A stretch of DNA of 45,710 bases, taken from positions 1-45,710 of the forward strand of contig JAUNPI010000003.1 of NCBI GenBank assembly GCA_030536875.1, written 5' to 3'. Made by a program: the position numbers and the translations under genes. Source of the stretch: Clostridia bacterium. GTDB lineage: Bacteria; Bacillota; Clostridia; Christensenellales; Aristaeellaceae. Of this stretch, positions 35,527 through 43,448 are shown piece after piece. The notes below the pieces were generated by a model, which had not been told where the DNA came from, did not search any database, and worked only from the letters and a program-made list of their open reading frames with translations. The number at the start of each line of letters is the position of its first letter. The first letter of the stretch is position 1.

Positions 35527-36081
35527 TCAGCCCTCGCGAAGCGTTTCATAAAAGGAATAATCCACAAAACCGCTGATTCGATTAAGCGCGCCCCTTTCCA
35601 ATTCCTTGACCATCAAGCAATCAGGGTGCGGCAGCTTTACATTCGGACCGGCCTTTATGCCGAATTTGTAGCTGGCCTCAAAACCGCGGGGATTGTAGTT
35701 TCTGGGATCGCCTTCAACGAGTATGGCCTTGAAGCCCAAAGCTTTCGCCCTCTCAAATCCATATTCCAGCAGCTCCTTGGAGATATGCTGCCTTTGCAGC
35801 TCTGTTTTCACAGCAACAGGCGTCAGAATTAACAACTCGTTTTCATACCGCCCTTCGATATGGAACCGCGAGAACATGGCATATCCGATGATCTCATCCT
35901 TTTCGTTGACCATGATCAGCTCTAATTCCGGGATATAGTATTTCTTTGTCCGAATTTCTTCAACCAGCCGCCGCACAGCTTTGCCCTCCTCCGGGCTATC
36001 CCATTTGGTGAAGACATCCTCAACCAATTCCAGCGACGGAAGGAGATACGGATCCTCCATAGATTTGATGATTCTTTCCAT
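35527..36081 (-). CDS. GNAT-family N-acetyltransferase (YhbS-like)
   Basis: 'IGYAMFSRFHIEG...LTPVAVKTELQRQHISKELLEYGFERAKALGFKAILVEG' has the acetyl-CoA-binding Q/R-x-x-G-x-G/A-like region. 'GAGGGAG' lies 9 nt before the ATG at 36081. Confidence 0.8.
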   Translation of the reverse strand: MERIIKSMEDPYLLPSLELVEDVFTKWDSPEEGKAVRRLVEEIRTKKYYIPELELIMVNEKDEIIGYAMFSRFHIEGRYENELLILTPVAVKTELQRQHISKELLEYGFERAKALGFKAILVEGDPRNYNPRGFEASYKFGIKAGPNVKLPHPDCLMVKELERGALNRISGFVDYSFYETLREG

Positions 36082-36216
36082 TTCGTTTCGCTCCCTCAAG
36101 TTTTCGTTTTCATCCGGTCTGTCGGCCAAAGGCCGGGGGCGGTAAGCCCCGCCGCATAGAGCTTGCGCGCTTGCTGCCCTCGCCGCTTCCAAGACGGCCC
36201 CCGAAGCGCACCCGGC

Positions 36217-36269
36217 AAGAGAAAGAGCGAGGGGCCGCTCAGCCGTTTGGGCTGGGCGCCCCCTCGCTC
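36217..36269 (-). terminator. Rho-independent terminator of the flavin reductase gene
   Basis: The 10-bp stem pairs GAGCGAGGGG (36225-36234) with CCCCTCGCTC (36260-36269). On the minus strand it is followed by TTTCTCTT. Confidence 0.6.
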
Positions 36270-36288
36270 GTTTGGAAAGCGTATCAGC

Positions 36289-38337
36289 TTACTTTCCGGC
36301 GACGGCGTTTTCAGCCGCCACGCGCCCGTAATAGACCGCGGAGCCGATCGCCATGCCGCAGCAGGGATATTCCGCGTCAAACAGGCCGGTGAAGGCGACC
36401 TCGCCCGCAGCGTAGAGACCCGGAATCGGCGCGTCGTTCGTATCCAGAACGTGCGCGTCCGTGTCGATCTCAAGGCCGCCGAAGGTGACGGAGCTGCCCG
36501 GCGTCATCCGGAAGGCGTAATACGTCTCGCCTTCGACCGGGATCATGTACTCCGCGGGCTTGCCAAAGTCGTCGTCCGTACCCTTGGCGCAAAGCTCGTT
36601 GTAGCGCTCGACGGTGGAGGCCAGCGCCTCGCCGTCCACGCCGATCAGGCTCGCGAGCTCCTCGATGGTCGCCGCATGCGGCACATGCTCCATCGTCACG
36701 CCCCAAGCCAGCATCGGATAGGGCTCCACGCAGGCGCCGTCCTTGACGGCGGTGATGTAGAAGCCGCACGTGCTGTCCGCATCTGCCAGCGCCTGCGCCA
36801 CGTGGGACTGGTACGACCATTCGTTCACGACGCGCTCGCCGTCCTCGGAGACGATCAGGCCGGATTCCTCGTTGATGCCGCAGTAGCAGTCATAGCTCAC
36901 GTAGACGAGCTGGAGGCCCGGAGCGTCGAAGTTCTTCGCCCCGACAGCCTCGGCCATCGTCAGGCCGTCGCCGACGTTGCCCATCGGCACGCCGGAATTG
37001 ACGTTTGTGGGCAGGAAGACGTTGTACTTGGCGAGCATTTCCTCGTTGTGCGCGTAGCCGCCGGTCGCCAGAATGACGGCCTTCGCGTTCACCGTCACCT
37101 TGCCGCCGTCCGCCTTGTCGGCCTTGAGGCCCACCACGGCGCCGGTTTCATCGGTGATCAGCTCGGTTGCGCGGCAGTTGTAGAGAACCTTGCCGCCGTT
37201 CTCCTCGTAGAGATTGGTCAGCGGCACGGTGAAGTGACCGCCGTGGCCGCTCGTCTGTCCGCCGCCGCCCTGCACGTTGTGGACGCGCCACGGGGTCAGG
37301 GAGCTGTGGATCGGCTCGACGTCCTGAATCTGCACGCCGCGGTCGACCAGCCACTGGATGTTCTCGGCGGAGGCTTCGCAGAACGCGGTCACGAGCGCCT
37401 CGCTCATGATGCCGTCGCGGTCGAAGCTCTTGAGATACGCATACATCATCTCGGGCGTGTCCTCGAAGCCCTGCGCGGTCTGCCACGGCGTGCCGGCGCC
37501 GAGGATCTTGCCGCCGCTGCGGGCTGTGGAGCCGCCGGTCACGCCGGCCTTTTCCACCAGCAGCACGTTCGCGCCCGCCTCGAGCGCCGTCTGCGCCGCA
37601 GAGAGGCCGGCCGCGCCTGCGCCCACGACGACGACGTCCACGTCGAACGCCTCGTCGGTCGCCTCAGCCTTTTTGACCGGAGCGGACAGCAGCGCGTCCG
37701 CATGGCCGCCTGCCTCGCTCACGCACGCCGCGACGGCCTGCTTGATCGCCGCGCTGGTCACGGTCGCGCCGGAGACGGCGTCCACCGCCAGGGACTGATG
37801 CTTCACGATCTCACCCGGCAGCGTCTCGATCGGCGCGGTGCTCACCGCGTAGCCGATGCCGTAGGTCTCCTTGTGGTCGGTGACCTTGATGCCGGTGATG
37901 CTCGTTTCGTCGAAGGTGACCTCGACGGTCACATCGCCGTTGTTGCCCTTGGCGGAGGCGCTGTACGTGCCGGCGGTGTAGCCGGTCGCCTCGGGCGCTT
38001 CCTTGCCCATCGCCTCGTCGAGGCACTTTTGAAGCGCCTGCTTGACCGCGTTCGAGGAGACCGTCGCGCCGGCAATGCCGTCGACGTCCGCGGACTGCGC
38101 CGCCAGAATCGCCTCGCTCAGCGGCGCGGCGACCTCGGTGCCCAGATCGGGGGTTTCGCCGGAGGCGTCGATGGTCACCTCGGTGATCGCGCTGTCGCTC
38201 ACCGTCACCGTCACCTCGACGGTGCTGAGCATGCCCTGCGCGCCTGCGGTGTACGTGCCGGGCGTGTAGACCGCTTCCGCCAAGCCGCAGGCGGGAAGCA
38301 TGAGAGCCAGAAACAGAGCCCAGATTCCCTTTTTCAT
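36289..38337 (-). CDS. Extracytoplasmic lipoprotein flavin reductase: two FMN_bind domains plus a fumarate/urocanate-reductase-type FAD domain
   Basis: The signal/lipobox is 'MKKGIWALFLALMLPAC'. The two FMN_bind domains carry the flavinylation-type motifs 'DGIAGATVSS' and 'DAVSGATVTS'. The FAD dinucleotide fold is 'DVVVVGAGAAGLSAAQTALEAGANVLLVEKAGVTGGSTARSGG'. The length is 682 aa. Confidence 0.9.
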   Translation of the reverse strand: MKKGIWALFLALMLPACGLAEAVYTPGTYTAGAQGMLSTVEVTVTVSDSAITEVTIDASGETPDLGTEVAAPLSEAILAAQSADVDGIAGATVSSNAVKQALQKCLDEAMGKEAPEATGYTAGTYSASAKGNNGDVTVEVTFDETSITGIKVTDHKETYGIGYAVSTAPIETLPGEIVKHQSLAVDAVSGATVTSAAIKQAVAACVSEAGGHADALLSAPVKKAEATDEAFDVDVVVVGAGAAGLSAAQTALEAGANVLLVEKAGVTGGSTARSGGKILGAGTPWQTAQGFEDTPEMMYAYLKSFDRDGIMSEALVTAFCEASAENIQWLVDRGVQIQDVEPIHSSLTPWRVHNVQGGGGQTSGHGGHFTVPLTNLYEENGGKVLYNCRATELITDETGAVVGLKADKADGGKVTVNAKAVILATGGYAHNEEMLAKYNVFLPTNVNSGVPMGNVGDGLTMAEAVGAKNFDAPGLQLVYVSYDCYCGINEESGLIVSEDGERVVNEWSYQSHVAQALADADSTCGFYITAVKDGACVEPYPMLAWGVTMEHVPHAATIEELASLIGVDGEALASTVERYNELCAKGTDDDFGKPAEYMIPVEGETYYAFRMTPGSSVTFGGLEIDTDAHVLDTNDAPIPGLYAAGEVAFTGLFDAEYPCCGMAIGSAVYYGRVAAENAVAGK

Positions 38338-38381
38338 GTTCCATCCTCCTGTCGTGAAAAAAATGGGATACTCTTCACATG

Positions 38382-38432
38382 ATTATAAACGAATTGCGCG
38401 TTGGACACAAGACGGCAACGCGCAATTCGTTT
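38382..38432 (-). promoter_or_regulatory. Putative promoter of the flavin reductase gene interlaced with a 16-bp perfect palindrome
   Basis: On the minus strand the -10 is TATAAT (38382-38387) and the -35-like hexamer is TTGTGT (38405-38410), with a 17-nt spacer. The arms AAACGAATTGCGCGTT (38387-38402) and AACGCGCAATTCGTTT (38417-38432) straddle the -35. Confidence 0.5.
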
Positions 38433-38518
38433 GATATTTGTTTGGCAAAAGGGCATGGCGTTTCGTTATTTATCGTTTGTCTTCAAAATTGGTTTCCGTG
38501 GTTTTGAGGGCGCAGCTA

Positions 38519-38547
38519 TTGACACCCGTTTCAAACTCCTTTAAACT
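38519..38547 (+). promoter_or_regulatory. Putative sigma-A promoter for the 38585 gene
   Basis: TTGACA (38519-38524), a 17-nt spacer and TAAACT (38542-38547). Confidence 0.45.
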
Positions 38548-38584
38548 AGAGGAATCATCTGGCGGCGCCGGGAGGAGGGCGGAT

Positions 38585-39637
38585 ATGCTTGGCACAGCCA
38601 AACGTTGGGCGATTGCCGTGCTGGCGCTATGCGCGCTGTTCCTTTTTGCCTGTGCGCTGACGGTGTATCTCGTCGACCCGTTTGAGCATTACCGCGAATC
38701 GGCCATCCTTCCCCTGTACGATCAGGAGAGCTACAATAACCCCGGCATCGCCAGACATTACGCGTATGACGCGGTGATTCTGGGCACGTCGATGGTCGAG
38801 ATGAGCCATCCGTCGGTGGTCGACGCATGCTTCGGCGTCTCGTCGGTGAAGCTGCCCATGCGCGGATCGCACACCGCGCAGATGGGCTGGCAATTGTCCC
38901 ACGTGTTTGATACGCACGAGTTAAAGCTTGCCATTCTCGCCGTGGACGCCTACAGCCTCATGGGCCCGCCGGACGACATGGAGGAAATCTACGACTACCT
39001 CTGGAACGACGACTGGCTTGACGATGTGAACTACCTGCTCAACCGCGACGTGCTGCTGGTGAAGATTCCCAAGATGCTGCGCAATATCGGCAAGCCGACG
39101 GACTCCAAGCGCGACGACATGTTCCAGTGGACGGACGTGGTGTTCTCCGAGGAGAGCGTGCTAAGCAGCTTTTCCTTTATGAGACAGGCGGAGATGACCG
39201 ACCCGGACTACCGGTTGGAGCGCTCGACGGAGAATATCGAGCGTCATATGGCCGGCATGATCGAACAGCACCCCGAGACGACATTCAAGATCTACATGCC
39301 GCCCTATTCCGTTGCCTACTGGTATCAGATGACGCGCGGAGGGCTCGCCGAGCAGCAATTTCGTTCGCGCAGGCGGGTTTGCGAGCTGCTGCTGTGCTAT
39401 CCGAACGTGGAGATCTACGATTTTTCCTGCCGGGCGGAATGGACGACGGCGCTTGACAACTATTTTGACTATTCCCACCACTCGGGCGAGATCAGCGACA
39501 AGATCATGCGCGCGATGGCCGCGGGAGAAAACCGCGTGCTGACCGCAGAGGATATGGAGGCGGGAAGCCAAAGCATCCGCGAGCAGGTGGAGGCGTTCAT
39601 TGAGCAATATGAACCCGAATCCTACAGGACGCCGTGA
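38585..39637 (+). CDS. Membrane-anchored hypothetical protein (possibly a DltD/SGNH-like extracytoplasmic domain)
   Basis: 'GGGAGGAGGG' precedes the ATG. The N-terminal TM segment is 'WAIAVLALCALFLFACALTVYLV'. The motifs 'VILGTSMVE' and 'FDYSHHSGE' are reminiscent of SGNH/DltD-type blocks, but the resemblance is weak. Confidence 0.6.
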   Translation: MLGTAKRWAIAVLALCALFLFACALTVYLVDPFEHYRESAILPLYDQESYNNPGIARHYAYDAVILGTSMVEMSHPSVVDACFGVSSVKLPMRGSHTAQMGWQLSHVFDTHELKLAILAVDAYSLMGPPDDMEEIYDYLWNDDWLDDVNYLLNRDVLLVKIPKMLRNIGKPTDSKRDDMFQWTDVVFSEESVLSSFSFMRQAEMTDPDYRLERSTENIERHMAGMIEQHPETTFKIYMPPYSVAYWYQMTRGGLAEQQFRSRRRVCELLLCYPNVEIYDFSCRAEWTTALDNYFDYSHHSGEISDKIMRAMAAGENRVLTAEDMEAGSQSIREQVEAFIEQYEPESYRTP

Positions 39638-39647
39638 GGAGGACGCT

Positions 39648-40070
39648 ATGACCATCATCGTCATCGACGGGCAGGGAGGCGGCATCGGGCGCGCGCTGAT
39701 CAGCGCGACGCTTCCGCTTCTGCCCGAGAAAACGCAGCTTTACGCCGTGGGCACCAACGCGATGGCGACCGCGACAATGCTGAAGGCCGGCGCGCAGCGC
39801 GGAGCGACCGGCGAAAACGCCGTCCGCTGGGCCGCGGAGCATGCCGACGTGATCATGGCGCCCATCGCGCTGGTGCTCAAGGATTCCATGATGGGCGAGA
39901 TCACGGGGGAGATGGCGGCATGCGTGGGGGCCAGCCGGGCCCGGCGCATCCTCGTGCCGACGGAGCGCTGCGGCACGCATGTGGCCGGCGTCGGCGGCGC
40001 GAGCCTGCAAAGCCTTGTCGACGACGCCGCGCGTCAGGCCGCGGCTTTCGCGAAGTCAGCTGAAATATAG
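39648..40070 (+). CDS. DUF3842-like small protein
   Basis: 'MTIIVIDGQGGGIGRALI...YAVGTNAMATATMLKAGA..GATGENA' matches my memory of the DUF3842 family. 'GAGGAGGA' is upstream. Confidence 0.6.
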   Translation: MTIIVIDGQGGGIGRALISATLPLLPEKTQLYAVGTNAMATATMLKAGAQRGATGENAVRWAAEHADVIMAPIALVLKDSMMGEITGEMAACVGASRARRILVPTERCGTHVAGVGGASLQSLVDDAARQAAAFAKSAEI

Positions 40071-40166
40071 GCCTATAGGAGCCGGTGGTGTGGATATGTA
40101 GTTTATCCTTGATGGGATAGCTATTGTGTGATGTACTGGATTCTGTATCTTTGCGGCTGATTCTAT

Positions 40167-41645
40167 TTATCTGCTCCATTTTACCATAAGTTCATGTGGT
40201 TGATGAGCTCCTCCAATTTCCATCCAGAGGTGACTATTTGGATGTACCCAGAATGCATGACATTCAAATAATATGCTGGATCGATCTGGGGTCACGTGAA
40301 GAAATCTGTCGCAAATGGGAATAAAGAAAGTAATACAATCTTTACACATTATCGGAGTGTCGAAATAATCCAGCTCGGATATAATTGATGTAATCTTATT
40401 GCCTATGGCATTGATATAGATACTTTTGCGTTGTTTGAGCAGGTCTGTTTCCGTTTTGTCATATAGGGCAATTTGTATACGGATTTCATTATACAGGGGT
40501 ATTCCGGAAATAATGAATGATATCTGATTATGTGAATTCCGATAAGCATATGTTTTCAAAATAGTATTTCTAATTGGGAGTACTTCGTCCATTGGAATTT
40601 CTATGGTGGTATTTTCTTGCATTTTGTGGCAAATTTGTGGTGTAAAGTGATCCATCATATGATGAAGGCATTCACGATGGCGGTATTCACTGTCTACTAT
40701 TTTTCTTAGTTCGTCAGGTGAGACAGTATTGTATACAAAAAAAGAATGATTTAGATGAGTTTTATCGATATCGAATATTGAATAAGTAAGCGAAAGTATA
40801 TCATTGAACTGTTTTTTGACACAATTCTTATTAATAATAGCATCTAATTGTGAATAATTAAAATGGGGATTATTCTTGATCCAATAAGCTATATCGTAAA
40901 GGTCGCGCAAATTCCTAGAATGAAACTGAGCCCACGGTGAAAAATTATTTTTATATGCATTAGTAAAAAGATAGAATAGTCCGAATGCATCATTTACACA
41001 TGAAATATTCTTTCCGTTAATAGATAATACCGTAGGAGTATTACCGATTGTATTTATAAGATCGTCCTGAACAAAAGCGTTTTTGTCGGCACTTTTTATT
41101 TCGATTTTATAGCGTTCACCTTTTAAAGGATAAAATACTAATTCATAGGCAGAAGTAATATACTTTTCTATATCTAAGTGTAATCCTTTTGGAACTTGCA
41201 TATAAGGCTCAAAGGAATATCCGTTTTCATAAAGACAATAAAAAGCTGCTCTCAGATCGCTTCTTTTTACAAATATATCGATATCATTGGATTGTCTCAT
41301 GTAAGGCGTGTTGTAAATTAATTGGGAGATAGCGATACCTTTTGTCAAATACGAAGCGATACCATTTTTTGCTAATAGATTTTGAATCTCAATGATATCT
41401 GCTATTCTATGGTCAATAATAATGCGTAGAATAAGTTGCGCAGTTATCCACTTTTTCTTGTGTTCCGGCGGGATAAATTCCTTTAGCAATGAATAACCTA
41501 GAGGGAATAGCTTTTGTTGCATGAAAGTGTCATAGAGTAGATCCCACTCGCACAGATCAAATGTTATTTCATCTTCGTCGAGATTTCCGTTAAGCGAATT
41601 CCTTAATATTTTTTGAATTTTATACTGGACGATTTCAGTATTCAT
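40167..41645 (-). CDS. Nucleotidyltransferase-family protein (PF14907 / NTP_transf_5-like) with a roughly 150-aa C-terminal extension of unknown function
   Basis: 'ASYLTKGIAISQLIYNTPYMRQSNDIDIFVKRSDL' matches the KG...Y....R...DIDhhV core of the uncharacterised nucleotidyltransferase family. The gene is very AT-rich. 'AAAGGAA' lies upstream of the ATG at 41645. Confidence 0.6.
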   Translation of the reverse strand: MNTEIVQYKIQKILRNSLNGNLDEDEITFDLCEWDLLYDTFMQQKLFPLGYSLLKEFIPPEHKKKWITAQLILRIIIDHRIADIIEIQNLLAKNGIASYLTKGIAISQLIYNTPYMRQSNDIDIFVKRSDLRAAFYCLYENGYSFEPYMQVPKGLHLDIEKYITSAYELVFYPLKGERYKIEIKSADKNAFVQDDLINTIGNTPTVLSINGKNISCVNDAFGLFYLFTNAYKNNFSPWAQFHSRNLRDLYDIAYWIKNNPHFNYSQLDAIINKNCVKKQFNDILSLTYSIFDIDKTHLNHSFFVYNTVSPDELRKIVDSEYRHRECLHHMMDHFTPQICHKMQENTTIEIPMDEVLPIRNTILKTYAYRNSHNQISFIISGIPLYNEIRIQIALYDKTETDLLKQRKSIYINAIGNKITSIISELDYFDTPIMCKDCITFFIPICDRFLHVTPDRSSILFECHAFWVHPNSHLWMEIGGAHQPHELMVKWSR

Positions 41646-41663
41646 CGAATGATTTCCTTTCTA

Positions 41664-43448
41664 TTATTGATGTTCTTGGTACTTTTCTGCCTGAGCCTGC
41701 CAAAGCGCTGCATAGCTTCCGCCTTGGGAAAGGAGTTGGGCGTGCGTGCCATATTCGATGATTTTCCCATGATCCAAATAGTATATACAGTCGGCATTTT
41801 TTGTCATGGAAAGCCGATGGGAAATAATAATTGTCGTGATTCCTTCTGTCAGCTTCCACACCCGTTGGTTCAATTCATATTCCATTTGTGGGTCTAGTGC
41901 GGAAGACGGTTCATCTAAGATGAAAAGCGATTTAGTTGTATAATATAGGCGAGCGCTTGCTAAAAGCTGCCCCTGCCCACCGGAAAGCTGTAGTCCTTGG
42001 GCGTCGAATTCCTTTGATATGACAGTTTGAATCCCATGCGGCAATTTGATTCCGCTTTCTATCCATCCACAATTTAAAATGGCCTGCTTTATTTTGTCGG
42101 GATCATATGTATCATCCATTGCAACATTATTGGCAATGGAAAAGGCATATAGGTTGTATTGTTGCAATAAAACGCCATAGCCGTTTATGTATTTCTTTGC
42201 CCATGTCTTCAAGCTGACCTGCTTACCATCCACAAGGACGATGCCGGACTGAGGAGAATAAAGCCCTGACAGCAGTTTGACCAGAGTCGATTTTCCCGCG
42301 CCGTTACGCCCGACGATTGCGATTCGCTTTCCCTTGGGAATGCTCATGGTAAGGCGGTCGATGACGGCTTTTTTACTTCCGGGATACCGAAAAGTGATGT
42401 TTCTCAATTCGATGGATGGACTGGATGGAAGCTCTGGCCTGTATTTTGTATTCGAAGGTTCCGCCTTTCGCATTGCAAATTGCTGGAAATGCTCGATAAA
42501 TGGCCGATATTCATGAAGCTTCGCCACGTATTTCCCAAAAATCTGGTTAAGAGCGTCGGATATCACATGGATTCCTTTGAAAGCTGTTACAAATTGCGTC
42601 AGGCTGATCGTGTGACTTATGATGGCGCTATAGGCAAGATAGGCCATTGCTCCAAAGTTTAGGGCAAATGTTTCGATGATATAGCTTTGCACAAACTCTA
42701 ATCGCGCAAGCCCTATTCCGTCCGCCTGAATCGCCTCTTTCATTTGACGAATCGCATCGTCATATTTTTTTTTAAAAACCACGGCGGCATCATACAGCCG
42801 GATATCCTGTGCGCTGGCGCGCTGAACCAATGATTGTGAAAAATACGTTTTCTTTCTTTCAAAAGGAACAAGCTTTTTCTTTCGGTCGAATTTTCTTTTG
42901 GCAATTTGATTTGAAAGCAGCAGGGAGGCTGAAATCAAGATGAGAAGGAGGCAGAAGTAGGACAGCCCCACCCTTGCATACGCAGCAAGAGAGAGGAAAA
43001 TAGCCGCAATGCTTCCTATAGTCTGTGCGCATAAATGGAGGATCTCCGCCAGTTTTTTGTGCGTATCATTTAACGCTAAAATGGTTTCGTTATAAAAAGC
43101 CGGATCGTCATATGCGGCCAAATCCATGCGTGCCACTTGATCCAAAATTTCTCCCTTAACCAAGCTGCTCATAGTCTCTTCCTGAAACGGCCTGAACTGT
43201 TCGTCGTACCAGCTGAAAAATGCGCCGCTAGCCACATCGTAAACGGTTAGGGCCGCCAAAACCCAAAGCAAACGCTCAAAGCGCTGCCCTGAGGCGAGAA
43301 TGCTGATCATAAAATGATAGACCCATATGTTGTGAATGGCGCTTGAGCATTCCCTGATCAAATGATACAGCAGAGATAAGAAGAAATAACGTGGAAATTT
43401 TTTTCTTATATACTGTAAGGCAAAGGCGATACCATGTCGCTTATTCAC
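41664..43448 (-). CDS. ABC exporter half-transporter (TMD-NBD fusion)
   Basis: 'GRNGAGKSTLVKLL', 'LSGGQGQLLASARL' and 'LFILDEPSSALD' are present. The preferred start is the GTG at 43448, which has AGGAGG (43458-43463) 9 nt upstream and overlaps the upstream stop as GTGAATAA. The ORF opens at 43499. Confidence 0.85.
   Translation of the reverse strand: MNKRHGIAFALQYIRKKFPRYFFLSLLYHLIRECSSAIHNIWVYHFMISILASGQRFERLLWVLAALTVYDVASGAFFSWYDEQFRPFQEETMSSLVKGEILDQVARMDLAAYDDPAFYNETILALNDTHKKLAEILHLCAQTIGSIAAIFLSLAAYARVGLSYFCLLLILISASLLLSNQIAKRKFDRKKKLVPFERKKTYFSQSLVQRASAQDIRLYDAAVVFKKKYDDAIRQMKEAIQADGIGLARLEFVQSYIIETFALNFGAMAYLAYSAIISHTISLTQFVTAFKGIHVISDALNQIFGKYVAKLHEYRPFIEHFQQFAMRKAEPSNTKYRPELPSSPSIELRNITFRYPGSKKAVIDRLTMSIPKGKRIAIVGRNGAGKSTLVKLLSGLYSPQSGIVLVDGKQVSLKTWAKKYINGYGVLLQQYNLYAFSIANNVAMDDTYDPDKIKQAILNCGWIESGIKLPHGIQTVISKEFDAQGLQLSGGQGQLLASARLYYTTKSLFILDEPSSALDPQMEYELNQRVWKLTEGITTIIISHRLSMTKNADCIYYLDHGKIIEYGTHAQLLSQGGSYAALWQAQAEKYQEHQ

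Noticed and set aside
36163-38382. 739-aa plus-strand ORF antisense to the flavin reductase gene
   Set aside because: The translation is Arg/Ala/Gly-rich and low in complexity, with no recognisable motif. It exactly shadows a minus-strand gene that has clear FMN_bind and FAD motifs. This is the typical antisense open frame of very GC-rich DNA.
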